From positions 70,866,001-70,930,000 of the forward strand of contig NC_043007.1 in NCBI RefSeq assembly GCF_006345805.1: a DNA stretch of 64,000 nt, in the 5' to 3' direction. The notes under the pieces were generated by a model, which ran no database searches, was not told where the DNA came from, and worked only from the letters and a program-made list of their open reading frames with translations. Every line of letters starts with the position of its first letter. The first letter of the stretch is position 1. A program made the translations under genes and the position numbers. The stretch is from Octopus sinensis (lineage: Eukaryota). Below are positions 27,571 through 41,544 of this stretch, in pieces.

Positions 27571-28769
27571 ACACTCTGTAAATTGGTTGGCATTAGGAAG
27601 GACATCCAGCCATAGAAACAGACAATAGAGCCTGGTGCAGCCCTGTCAAACCACCCAAATCATGCCAGCATGGAAATTGGATGTTAAATGATGTTGATGA
27701 TGATGTCAACACTATATAGATTTGTTTAACAGGAAACCAAAGTGATTGTACTGAAACTCATTATTCCAGGCCTATTTTGGGGCAATTTATTGTTTATTAT
27801 TTAAGTTGAAGTTTAAATAAATTGTTAAAGACAATTCAAATTCTTAGAGGTTAGAATTCTTCATAAAGGGATATCTTTTCTTTTATTTTTTATTAGTTTC
27901 AGTTATCAGAGTGTGGCCATGCTGGGGCACTGCCTTGAAGAATTTTTAGTCGAATGAATTGACCCCAGTACTTATTTTTGTTAAGCCTGGTACTTATTGT
28001 ATCGGTCTCTTTTTGCTGAATCGCTAAGTTACAGGGACATAAACACACCAGCATCAGTTGTCAAGTAGTAGTGGGGAACAAACACAAACTTGAAGTCACA
28101 CACACACATATATGACAGGCTTCTTTCAGTTTCCATCTACCAAATCCACTCACTAGGCTTTAGTTGGCCTGAGGCTATAGTAGAAGTCACTTGCCCAGAA
28201 CAGCAAACAGTGGGACTGAACCTGAAACCATGTGATTGGAAAGCGAGCTTCTCACTACGTGATAAAATTAAAACTTTATTTACTCTTGTATAAAATAAGC
28301 ATGTCCTTTCTTCCTATGAAAGAAAAGATAAGAAAATACTGCAAAATCAAGTAAACTAGAGAAGTAAGCTCAATGGAAATATTTACTGAGTTGTACTCTT
28401 AAACAAGTTTTTCTTTTATGATAGAAAGAGAGAATATTAGGATAGAATCTTAGATTTTGGGTCAACATTAACAAACAAAAAATTACAGTTGACAAATGTA
28501 ATTTTTGAAGCACTAACCTCCAAAAGATATAATTGTATAATTTGGTGTTGCACTGGAAACCTAGAGTAAGGATTTTATGGCTTCATTATACGATTAAAAA
28601 TAAAAATAAAACAAAAGCAAACCTTTGTTGGATAATCCTTTGACTTAGCAAAGATTAGCTACATTCAATTTGATATGGATGATGTGTTTTTATATTTTCT
28701 AGCTTTAGAGCATTGCTTAATGTTTTTTTTTAAAGCAGACAACTATCATCATCATCATCATCATCATCA

Positions 28770-30221
28770 TCATTAGCAGTATTTCATCTGTTATCACGTT
28801 TTGAGTTCAAATTCCGCCAAGGTCGACTTTGTCATTCATCCTTTTGGGGGTCAGTAAAATAAGTACCAACTGTGTATTGGTGGTGGTGGTGATGGTTGTA
28901 GGGGGAAAGGGAGAAATCAACTATCCTCCCTCTCTCAAATTTCAGACCTTGTGCCTATAGTAGAAAGAATTATTATTATCATTATCATTATTGCAAATTG
29001 GTAGAATTGTTAGCATGCCGGGCAAAATGCTCAGCAGCGTTTCATCCATCCTTATGTCATGAGTTCAAATTCTGCCATAGTTGTCTTTACCTTTCATCCT
29101 TTTGGGGTTGATGTAATTGACTAGTCCCCTCCCCCAAAATTTCAGGCCTTGTGCTTATAATAGAAAGGATTGTTATAATTATTATTATTATTATTATTGA
29201 CTGAGAGAGCAGTGCATGCCATCAAAGTGACACTGGGGTAAAATATACAAAGCCCAGTATACTCATCGTGACTACCTGTCTGATAAGGGTACACCAGGCA
29301 TGTGCCTCACAACCATATATGCGCAACATGGTGATATCATATCAAGATAAACAGCACATGACCTTGCAGGTGGAGCCCAGTTAGAATTTTCTTCTGGTCG
29401 AGTAGCCCATCCCGCTCAAACGGTCCCTGAATAAGGGTTGTTTAACCCTTTCATTACTAACCCGGCCAAAACCGGCTCTAGCTCTGAGTACTAATGTCTT
29501 GTTTTCATAAGTTTTGAATTAAAATTTTCCACCAAACCTTAGTCACAATTAATGTTCCTGACACTAGCTTAATGATAACTAAGTTATTTTACTAAATTCT
29601 TTGTTATATTTAAAGTAATTGAAAGAAACACAGAGCATCTCAAAATAAATACAGTAACAAAAGGGTTAAGGATGTTGAACGAAACACTCATGTTTCCAAA
29701 GATGAATTATTCAAATCCCAAAGAATCCCTCTCAACACATGGCTATGATGCTCCCCCACTACTTCTGCTTGTGATCAGAGATGCACATATCATCAGCCAC
29801 TAAGGGACATGCTCAACTGGTTAAGGTCAAACAACTGACAAGCAAATCTGTGGTATTGAGCAGAATATTTGCTGTAGCCCATCTTTTATACCAAGACAAA
29901 ACAATGTACATGATAACACAAGATCAGAAGCCATGAGATTTACCGTCTGGTACTGCATCAGGGCAGTTATTGTCATCGTTGTCATCATCGTCATCATCAT
30001 TATTATTAAGGTGGTGAGCTAGCAGAATTGTTAGCATGCTGGATGAAATGCTGAGTGGTATTTCTCCTGTTGCTATATTCTGAGCTTAAATTTTGTTGAG
30101 GTTGACTTTACCTTTCATCCTTTTAGGGTCAATAAATTAAGTACTAGTTGAGTACTGAGGTTGATGTGATTGTACGTCCCCCTCCCCCCAAAATCCAGGC
30201 CTTGTGCTTAGAGTAGAAAGG

Positions 30222-30272
<51 letters not shown>

Positions 30273-31105
30273 TAGGACAGCCAGCTGGCGGAATCGTTAG
30301 CACACTGGACAAGATGCTTAGCAGTATTTTGTCCTTTCTGTGTTCAAATTCCACTGAGATTGACTTTGCCTTTCATCCTCTTTCGGGGTCAATAAATTAA
30401 GTACCAGTTGAGCACTGGGGTCAATGTAATTGACTATAACCTTCCCCTCCAAATTGCTGAACTCGTACCTATAGAAGAAAGGATTATTATTAATGGTGAA
30501 CTGGCAGAAACGTTAGCATGTCCGATGAAATGCTTAGCGGTATTTCATCTTCCGCTACATTCTGAGTTCTAATTCCGCCGAGGTCGACTTTGCCTTTCAC
30601 CCTTTCGGGGTTGATTAAACAAGTACCAGTTACGCACTGGGGTCGATATAATTGACTTAATCCATTTGTTTGTCCTCTGTGTTTAGCCCCTTGTGGGTAG
30701 TAAAGAAATGGGTATTTTGTCTGCCGTTACGTTCTGAGTTCAAATTCCGCCGAGGTCAACTTTGCCTTTTGTCCTTTCAGGGTCAATTAAACAAGTACCA
30801 GTTATGCACTGGGTCGATGTAATCAGCTTAATCTCTTTGTTTGTCCCCTCTGTTTAACCCCCTTGTGGGCATTAAAGACAATGGTGAGCTGGCAGAATTG
30901 TCAGTGGTGAGCTGGCAGAATCATTAGCATCCTGGGCAAAATGCTTAGTGGCATTTTATCTTTACATTCTGTGTTCAAATGCTGCTGAGGTTGCCTTTCA
31001 ACCTTTTGAGGTTGATAAAATAAGTACCAGTTGAACAGTGAGTATCACTGTAATAAACTTATCCCCTCCCCCAAAACTGCTGGCCTTGTGCCAAAATCTG
31101 AAATT
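28770..31105 (+). repeat. Nest of about 8-9 co-oriented SINE-B copies with (ATT)n tails
   Basis: Repeated gagttcaaatt...cctttcatcc...gccttgtgc...attattatt modules, interrupted only by the element at 29199-29965. Confidence 0.8.
29199..29965 (-). mobile_element. Same element, copy 2, interrupted by a TTAA MITE
   Basis: Same 5' end (ccctgatgcagtaccagac) and 3' end (gcactgctctctca-tail) as copy 1. Confidence 0.8.
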
Positions 31106-31457
31106 ATTACTTCTGCTTTAGCAAAAGCAGAGGTATTGTTTTCTGTCATGTTTGTTTGTTTGTCCATGGACAAGAAATCTCAAGAACCACTGGATGGATT
31201 CAGATGAAACTTTCAGAGATGTTTGACCTTGTGACTGATTTGATTTTGGTATCAATCTGGTATTGGACAAAGATTTTGGATTATTTTTCTGCTTTTTTTT
31301 TACTTAATTTCTGACAGTGGTCAGGTTTATTTTTAGTATTCTCGTTTGTGAGAGCAGTCGAGTTTATTTCAGATATTTTCATTTTAGAAATCATCTCTGG
31401 CTAAACGTTGAGAGGACGTTGGAGTTGCCTTGGTGAAGGGTTGTGCTCTCTGAGTGC

Positions 31458-31458
<1 letters not shown>
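31104..31458 (+). mobile_element. Helentron-associated non-autonomous element (HINE/DINE-1-like)
   Basis: 5' hairpin acttctgcttt-agca-aaagcagaggt, (GTTT)n core, gatggattcagatgaaacttt block, 3' ccttggtgaagggttgtgctctctgagtgct. Confidence 0.65.
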
Positions 31459-31524
<66 letters not shown>

Positions 31525-31863
31525 TTATGTTTGACTTTTGCTTTACATTTGTACAAGTTGGCTCCAAGTCTCACCCAGAGACCTCAAGAGACAACAAGTT
31601 GGAAGTTCTTGTTGGTGTTATGCCTAGGGTGCCATATATTTGGTTTTGTACATAGTGTTGTTCTAGAGAATGTTTAAGAAACCATAAGAAAATTATGTTT
31701 GTTTTAAAACTTGAGATTACATAGAAAGTGTTTTGTGTAGGATATGGGCAGTTCTCATGAGTACTATCTTTTTTTAATTTCTGCCATTTTGGGGTTTCCT
31801 GGTATCTGAGCTAGGTAGCAATCAGTCTCTTTTGCTATCATTCCCAGGGCACCTATGACAACA
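31525..31863 (-). mobile_element. Second R4/Dong-like 3' fragment
   Basis: VVIGALGMIAKETDCYLAQIPGNPKMAEIKK, frameshift in an A7 run, then IVLMRTAHILHKTLSM*. Homologous to the C-terminus of the 56.5-kb copy; (AAT)n on both sides. Confidence 0.75.
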
Positions 31864-31919
<56 letters not shown>

Positions 31920-32681
31920 TAAGTTGTGCACTTGATCTCTTGAAATGGAAGCATGACTTATAAAGAGGAGCAGAACAGCTTTCTCTTTTGTTCCATTAAT
32001 CAAGTCATTTAGAGTTGTTTTCAGAGAGTTTGTGAGATTTTTAATAAAGGTTGCAGAAGAAAAAAGGTAACAGTTATAATTCAATGCCAGATTCTCATTA
32101 CATAACAAATAATAGAACAGAAGGCTAAAGCAGGGGCTAACCACTTCATTAAATTCAACTTTCAGTTCATTTTCAAGTATTTGATAGAATTATTTGGTCA
32201 ACCTTCATCATCCTAAGTTAACCGCTTTTATCCTAATTTTGCCATCAGAGTCTTTTAACTTAAATTATTCTATTTAATTGCTGTTTTCTTAAATATATTT
32301 TACACACATATATACTCACACACATGTATACACACATGTATACACACATGTATACACACATGTATACACACATGTATACACACATGTATTTTCACACATC
32401 TCTACACGCACGTGTTCATTCATATTGGAGTTGAATTTGTTTGTTAGTTAATCAGAGTCATTAAAATAATTGCAGGTCTCTTAAATTAATTAATCTATTG
32501 GAACCCTTTCACAATAAAATTGGTCTTGCACCTTATCTTCCCTTGCCCTGATTTACAGATCGATCAAAATCATTTGATTATTCTTGATTTCAGGTTTTTA
32601 ATCTTGAAGCTGCTCTACAACACCCAATGATGTTCATATCAGGAACTGGGATTTCTTGGGCAACAGAAATACATGTGCGCG

Positions 32682-32721
<40 letters not shown>

Positions 32722-32958
32722 ACCACCACCATGATGCTTGCATATGAACTGCAGTGCTACATGAGATGTGAACCATCAATGCTCATGACTTGCAGACTAG
32801 AAATGAATAAAAGAAGCATGCTTTTTTGAATCTGCTAGTGAGTGTTCCAGAATTACAGAGAACAAATGTGATGAGAGAGAAAAAAAAAAACTGGGTATAA
32901 GAGGGATCAGATGTAATGTGCAAGAGAAAAAGACTGTGTTTGTGTGAACATGTGAAGC

Positions 32959-33138
32959 ATATGCTTCACATGTTTCATCCATATGCTACACATGTTTCAT
33001 CCATATGCTACACATGTTTCATCCATATGCTTCACATGTTTCATCCATATGCTACACATGTTTCATCCATATGCTTCACATGTTTCATCCATATGCTTCA
33101 CATGTTTCCATATGCTTCACATGTTTCCATATGCTTCA
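32959..33138 (+). repeat. 22-bp minisatellite, about 8.5 units
   Basis: Unit atatgct(t/a)cacatgtttcatcc. Confidence 0.92.
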
Positions 33139-34761
33139 TTGTTTAGAGCAGATGAAACTTGTAGAAGAGGGAGGCTCTGAAAGATGTGAGATAAAGTGGT
33201 GAAGGCTGATCTTTAGATGTTGGGTTCCATGGGTTTGACAAAAATGAGTTTATTAGTGGTGTGTAATACTTGACAAGATCCACCCTTCTCTGCTCACAGA
33301 GTGAAATGAAAATTCTAGAAGCCTAATGTGAATACATACAACTGGACCCCTTACCCCAACATGTCCCTGTCAAGCCTTCATCTGCTGCTCCTCACCACCC
33401 CTCATCTTCCTATTATTTATTCCTCCATCACTCTACTATCTACTGCATTATTCTGCTACTGTAATTAGATGAGAGCAGAACTACATATATCACTCATTTA
33501 TGTATTGCCAGCTATCATTTCTTCTTCTCGTTGCCTCTTCTCTTTACATTCTGTCCTTCATTCTTAACATTGTCCCTCCCCACTCATATTTTCCATTGAT
33601 TACTCTTTCTATGTTGTTAGTCATCACTCTCTTTCCCCTGAGTCAGTTCCTGTCAACACCCATCCCATATTCTTAACCACCTACCACCCTTGTAAAACAC
33701 TCACTACATTCACCCCTATATGAGCTCTAGCTACCTCCACCCCTATCTTTGCTTCTTATTCTCTCATCACACACTTGCAACCGTTACCCACCCAATGTTC
33801 CTGATCTTTTATCCACATGATCGATTTTTTCCCCACCTTTTGACAAGAATAGAAACTGTTTATAAATAAAAATGAGTGGGGAATCATTTTAGAACTGAAT
33901 CATTTGTTTACAACATAAAAATATTAACATTACAAACGAATTTTGTTGTGAAAATCTTGTAAAATCTGTGTCAGTATGTTTGTCTGCTTATATATTACTG
34001 CATTAAATTTATTGTCATATTTTGGGATGGACCTTTTTTTTTTACATCGCCAAATAAACACACACTATATATTTGTTCTTATTGTTGTGTCCTTTGTCTA
34101 AATCATTCATCATACATCCTGTGACCTCTTCACTGAAGAGGTCACAGGATGTGTGATGAAAGTTTTGTAGAGTATGTTTATTTGTAAAAAAAAAAAAGAA
34201 AAACACTGACCATCCTGAAACATAACAATATTTGTTTCAACACAAAATTTCATTTCAAGAATCTTGCAAAACAAATAAAATTAATGCAATAATGCATTGC
34301 ATTAATTTTATTTGTTTTTACCCCCTTTAAGGTCCTCTAAAGGGAACCTATATTTTCTCTGGAGCAAGTTGTGAAATCTTTCATTGAGAACACATTTTAA
34401 CCCTTTTGTTACCATATTTATTTTGAGATGCTCTGTGTTTCTTTCAATTATTTTAAATATGACAAAGAATTTAATAAAATAAGCTCATTATTATTAAGCT
34501 AGTGTTAGGAACATAAATTGTGACTGAGGTTTGGTGGAAGATTTAAATTCAAAACTTATGTAAACATGACATTTGTACTACAGAGCCAGAGCTGGTTTCA
34601 GCCGGGTTGGTATTGAAAGGGTTAATAGGATAAAGTTACATTGGTTGACTCTGTGACCTTTCTTTGGTTTATAGTTTGCTTCTTTTTACCAAAACAACAC
34701 CCAAAGTGGAAAGATGTTCCAGTAAGAAGTTATTCCATTTCAAAGACAGAAAGATGACTGC

Positions 34762-35376
34762 TTAACCCTTTAGCATTCAGATTACTCTGTCAAATTTAAT
34801 GTTTATAGGCGTAGGAGTGGCTGTGTGGTAAGTAGCTTGCTTACAAACCATGTGGTTCTGCGTTCAGTCCCACTGCGTAACACCATGGGCAAGTGTCTTC
34901 TACTATAGCCTCGGGCCAACCAAAGCCTTGTGAGTGGATTTGATTGACGGAAACTGAAAAAAGCCCATCGTATATATGTATGTGTGTATATATGTTTGTG
35001 TGTCTGTGTTTGTCCCCCCAACATTGCTTGACAACCATTGCTGGTGTGTTTACGTCCTTGTAACTTAGCAGTTTGGCAAAAGAACTGATAGAATAAGTAT
35101 TAGGCTTACAAAGAATAAGTCCTGAGGTCAATTTGCTCGACTAAAGGCAGTGCTCTTGCATGGCCACAGTCAAATGACTGAAACAAGTAAAAGAGTATTC
35201 ACATCGTTTGGAATCAATCATGCATTGTCTTATGGCTTCAAGATTTCAATGATGTGATTGTATACTTTTAGAATGACATTGTAGGGTAGGTATGACAGGC
35301 CAGATCATGACAGTTTGAACATAAAAAGTAGAATATTTGGGCTGGATATGGTCAGTTTATAATACTAAAGGGTTAA
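34762..35376. mobile_element. Family E MITE interrupted by a full SINE-A (34807-35195)
   Basis: The MITE sequence resumes after the SINE tail; TTAA at both ends. Confidence 0.8.
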
Positions 35377-35601
35377 ATTTCTTCTGAAAGAAACAATAAT
35401 AAGACTGAAAATATTTAGACTCCGTTTTTGATTGGAGGAATTACCATTTCCTCTATTTTGTTTTTTTTGTGACATGAATGAATGCCTTAGGTTCCTAGTG
35501 GTGATCTCTGCACACATAGTTGTTCTCATATACTAAACGTTTTCCTGTCATTAGGGCCTGGGACACAACATGATTTCTTTCTTTCTATCATTTTTTGTTT
35601 G

Positions 35602-35640
<39 letters not shown>

Positions 35641-36239
35641 GTCACTTCCATCCCTTGCTTTAATCTTTATTTCTCTTTTCCCTTCCATGCTGTTCTTTTT
35701 CCTTGTTTTCTTTTTTGTTGTTTCATTCCCCACACCACTCCTTACTTCAAAAATGTTCTTTGTAAGCATGCATGTATGTGTGCGTGTATGTATGAGTGTG
35801 TGTGTGTGTGTATGTATGAGTGTGTGTGCGCGTTCATTCTATGTATGTATTTATTCTAAATCTGTCTGCATATATGTGTGTGTGTGTGGGTATTCATTCT
35901 ATGTATGTACTTGATCGACATCTGTATGTATATGCCTGTAGTTTTACTATGTCAGGTTAATGTTGTAATATCTGTCTACAATTTTCTATTAACACCTTTA
36001 CTCACCTGTAGTAATCATATCTAAGCCATTAATCTCTAATTAACTACACATTATTGGACCTAATTGTAGATGGGTTATCATCGGAAGCTTATTGAGAGAT
36101 TATCAGTTTTATTGGTTTTGATCAGGTTTGATCAGGTTGTTAGTGTTGTTATCGTTGTTGTTGAACATGTTTTTTCAAATGTATTATTTAAGGTCGAGAG
36201 TATAATGAATGTAATGTTCATACAGGAACACACACACAT

Positions 36240-36290
<51 letters not shown>

Positions 36291-36941
36291 CATGTGCATG
36301 CATACGCGCACACACACATGCACACACTGATGTTGGCATGTTTATGTCCCTGTAACTTAGTGGTTCGGCAAAAGAGACTGATAGAATAAGTACTAGGCTT
36401 ACAAAGAATAAGTCCAGGGGTCGATTTCTTCGACTAAAAAACCAGTTAAGGCAGAACTCCCGCATGGCAGCAGTCAAATGATTGAAACAGGTAAAAGAAT
36501 ATGATACGCTTCTTTCAGTTTCTATTTACCAAATTCATGACCCAGTGTTATAGAAAACACTTTCTCAAGATACCATTTAATGAGATTAACACCATTGTGT
36601 GTGTGCTTAACATTGCATGGTGACTATAGACAAATACTATCATCATATAAGTGGTGTTACTGATTTACCAATTTTCTGTGAAAACGTGCCGTTTGTGTTT
36701 GAAGGGCAATGGGAAATATCAACCTTGCTTGGAATCAGGTGAAGGTTGGCAGCAGGAAAGGGTTGTCTCCAGTAATTCCGTCAGACTCATACAACCATGG
36801 GAAAGGTGGAAGTTAAAGCAATGATGTATGTATCAGCATCATCATCATCATCGCATTCATTGCTGTTGTCATCATTATTATCATCATCGTTATCATCATC
36901 ATTATCATTATCATCATTGCTGCCACCACAACTGTTGTCAC

Positions 36942-36973
<32 letters not shown>

Positions 36974-37249
36974 CTTAATGTCCATGTTCCAATGCTGGCA
37001 TAGGTTGGATGCTTTGGCATCGTGCTCCAGTGCATGGAGGAAGAGATAAGGGAATGGAAGAGGAAAGGCAGGTGTTAGTCTGCAAGTAGTGAATAAGGTT
37101 GAAGGGTGGATGTAGAGTGAGGATTGCCAATGGTGCCTGAATTGGCTTAGGAAGATGAGAGCAGTAATAGGATTGGCATATGTGTGTGTGTGTGTGTGTG
37201 TGTATGTGTGTGTGTGTGCGCACGCGTGTGTGTGTGTTTGTAGAATTAG

Positions 37250-37693
<444 letters not shown>

Positions 37694-40600
37694 GCCTGAC
37701 AGAGACCCATGAAGGATGACCTGCACAATTGGTTGTGGTGGGATTTGATTTTAGAAGCATAAGAAATGCAGCAGATTGCCACAAGATGTTTTGTTTGTCA
37801 CTACATCAATTCATCACCATGGCACCTCTTGACCTTGAAATAACTATTTCTAACACAGTCACACAAACAACAATTCAATGGTTGCTAGTACTTGACTGAC
37901 ACCTAAGTAGTCGGCCTCAGTTAATTATTCTGTGTCCAATATATCTGTCTAAGTAACACTAATGATTTTATAACATGGATGTTTATATTTTATGATTATC
38001 ATAAATGACTTTTTCAGTCCAGTAACAAATTGTGTAGATTGAGTGGTTGTGTGGACAGGCTGTTGTGTGGAAAGTAGCTTGCTTACGAACCACATGGTTC
38101 CGGGTTCAGTCCCACTGCGTGTCTTCTACATTAGCCTCGGTCCGATCAAAGCCTTGTGAGTGGAATTGGTCGACAGAAGCTGAAAGAAGCCTGTTGCATT
38201 TATGCATATATATATATATGTATGTTTGTGTATATGTTTGTGTGTCTGTGTTTGCCCCCTCCCAACATCGCTTGACAACCGATGCTGGTGTGTTTACGTC
38301 CCCGTAACTTAGCAGTTCAGCAAGACAGACAGATAGAATAAGTACTAGGCTTACAAAGAATAAGTCTTGGAGAGTCGATCTACTCGACTAAAGGTGGTGC
38401 TCCAGCATGGCCACAGTCAAATGACTGAAACAAGTAAAAGAGATATTATGACAGTTGATTCAAATAGCAATAAATCTTTGCCTTTTATTTTTAAATGTAT
38501 TTTCTGGAAATAACACTGAATAATTCATTTTTCTTTCAACTAATGTTTTCAGTCAATTTGTCTCTTGAATTTTTTTCTTTCTTTTTTATCAATATGTCTT
38601 CATCCTGCGATAAACAAAGTGTTTCCAACGAATGTGTTTACAATGAATGTTCCTAGACATGTGCGCACATGTATACACACACATACACAGCATACATACG
38701 TACATACATATACAAACACACATGCATATACTTATGCACTGATATTTTAAACATATTGACCATTATATAAAAGCTGGTCATTAAAATCAATTTGCTGTTT
38801 ATATGATGATGATGATGATGTTGATCATCATCATCATCATAATGATCATGATTATGAATACAACGCATTGATTTTTATAAACAACCTGTTATTGCCTAAT
38901 GCAAGGAGGTCCTTTTTAAATTGTCATAAAAACAGTAGTTCTCTAAATCAGTGCTCATAGGTAGGACCTCTCTCACCGTTGGGGCTACTGCTGTGGCGGC
39001 GAGCTGGCAGAATCGTTAGCACGTCGGGCGAAATGCTTAGCGGTATTTCGGCTGCTGTTGTGAGTTCAAATTCCGCCGAGGTCGACTTTGCCTTTCATCC
39101 TTTCGGGGTTGATAAATTAAGTACCAGTTACGCACTGGGGTTGATAATACCTATGTCTGTCCTTGTTTGTCCCCTCTATGTTTGGCTCCTTGTGGGTAGT
39201 AAAGAAATGGGTATTATTTAACCCTTTCATTACCAACCTGGCTGAAACTGACTCTGGATCTTTAATATACAGATCTTGTTTTCATAAGTTTTGAATTAAA
39301 ATCTTCCACCAAATCTTATTCGCAATTTATATTCCTAACACTAGCTTAATGATACCTAAGTTATTTTATTAAATTCTTTGTTATATTTAAAATAATTGAA
39401 AGAAACACAGAGCATCTCTAAATAAATTCAGTAATGAAAGGATTAAACCTTTAGCATTTAGATTACTCTGTCAAACATAATGCTTATTTATTCAAATTGG
39501 TTTTGAATTAATCTTGCATTATCTCATAGCTTTGAATTTTCAATACTGTGATTGTATATTTTTAGATTAACATTGTATGATAAGTGTGAGAGGCCAAATC
39601 TGGTTGGCTTGAACATAAAATCTATAGAATATTTGGACAGGATTTGGCCGGTTTAGATGCTAAAGGGTTAACTTTAACACTTGCTGGTTGGTACCTATAA
39701 GGAAAGTTTGGGATGGGAGAAAGTTTCAGAGAATTACAACTGTGAAAAGGAAGGATTGTAAGGAGTGTTGAGAGATTTGAATATAGAGAGTGTGACATTA
39801 TGAATATGACGTGTAGGAGTGAAGGTGGGGGAGCGCTGAAAGGGCTGGTACCCATTTGCTAACTCACAGATGCAGGAATTATAGTAAAAAAATGGTAGAA
39901 GAGTCAGAGAGGAGACATGATGTCACCATAGCATGCTGATGAGTGAAGGCTTACAAATCACTTCAGTGGGTTTTTTTCTTTTTTTCTTTTTTGGTTTGGT
40001 TTATTAATGCAGACTAAAATGGTTGTGTGTGTAGCAGCTGTTCTGTTCCAGATATGACAAGAGTTCTTTAAAGTAGGTCATATGTGGAGAAGACAATTCA
40101 ACGGCTCAGTTATGAAGTATATTCTAGGCCCTTAAAAGGAAAACATTTAGTGAGCAGCTTTGAGTATATTATTGATACTTTATTCCACAAATCAGTGATA
40201 TGTGATCCAAGAAATTGATAGGTTCAGCATTTGTTTTTTAGAGAAGTAATTTAGCTGCACAAGGAATGAATGACTGAATGAAGAAGAAAGGAAGGAAAGA
40301 AGGAAGGCATATCTTATAAGTTAAATGAATGGGAAGTGTGTGTGTGTGTGTGTTGATGGCATTAAATGGGATTTAGATTGCTATGAGTCCATAGGGGGAT
40401 TGTTTCAAGGTTACTGGAGATGAAAATGATGCATATCCAGTATGAAATATCTAAGTTGATATGTGTTTGTTTGTTTGTTTGTGTGTGTGTGTGTGTGTGT
40501 ACTTACCATAGAGCTACTGCTTTGTAAATCTGGAAAGGAAACTAATTTTTCCTGATATGATTTTTTGGAATGTAAATATTTTTTCGGCTAACATCACTGC

Positions 40601-41544
40601 CGAAGTCAGGACTAACATGTTTGTCTCTGCAGCTGTTATATTGCTTCAGGTCTGTATGGGATTAATGCATTAATGTCATATACATGTTTACCTTGTGTAA
40701 GGCCAGCAGGTGTTCATTGCTAATCATTTTCAGCCTTTGACAAAAAAAAAAAAAAGGCCCAGATTTAATCATGCTGTATGACGTGTACTCACCTTTAAAA
40801 TCCAGTGCATGTTTCAAAAAGCAGAATGACCGAGAAGACAAGAATGAAATGATGAATCAAGGAAAATTGTGTTTTGTGTTTGTTGAGATAAAGGAGAGTT
40901 TTAATAAGACATATTAAAGACTGCTCAATCAATATCTTAATTAAGTTTGTTTATAAAGCTTTAGTGAATGAAATGAGGCACAATAACAATAAGGTTAGAG
41001 TACTAGCTTACAAACTATATATTGATAAATTTTGTCTTGTGACTACAGCCATCGTTAGATGCTCTTGAAACTTGTCTGCCAGTCATGAAAATTGGGACAA
41101 AGAGCATAATTTTATTTGATTCGGTCTGCTTGATTCCTTCTGTAAGAATAAGATACTGCTGTTGCCATACATAAATTGTATCCTAGTTTTGTCAAAAAAA
41201 ACCCCCCAAAAAACCATACAGTGGAACCAGTGGTTTACAAATTTAATCAACTCCTGAATGCTGTTCTTCACCCGAAATGTTCATAAACTGGAACTTTTTC
41301 CCATTAGGAAATTCTCGAGAAGTCACAGCAAATTCAAGCAGGGATGTGCACCAAGTGAAAGCCAGACAGCAGCTGATGCTCTCCAGCTGATATTTCCAGC
41401 TTGTTGCCAACTGTTGTTGCTGGATTGTGTGTTCATTACTTGAGACACTCTTGATCACCCAAGATATTTTATATTAAAAAGGCTGTTTGGAAACCAATTT
41501 GTTTATGATCAGAGTCATTCATAAAGAGAGATTCCACTGCACAT

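Noticed and set aside
40045-40071. VPDMT peptide as the missing myosin N-terminal exon
   Set aside because: A stop follows three codons later and there is no further similarity.
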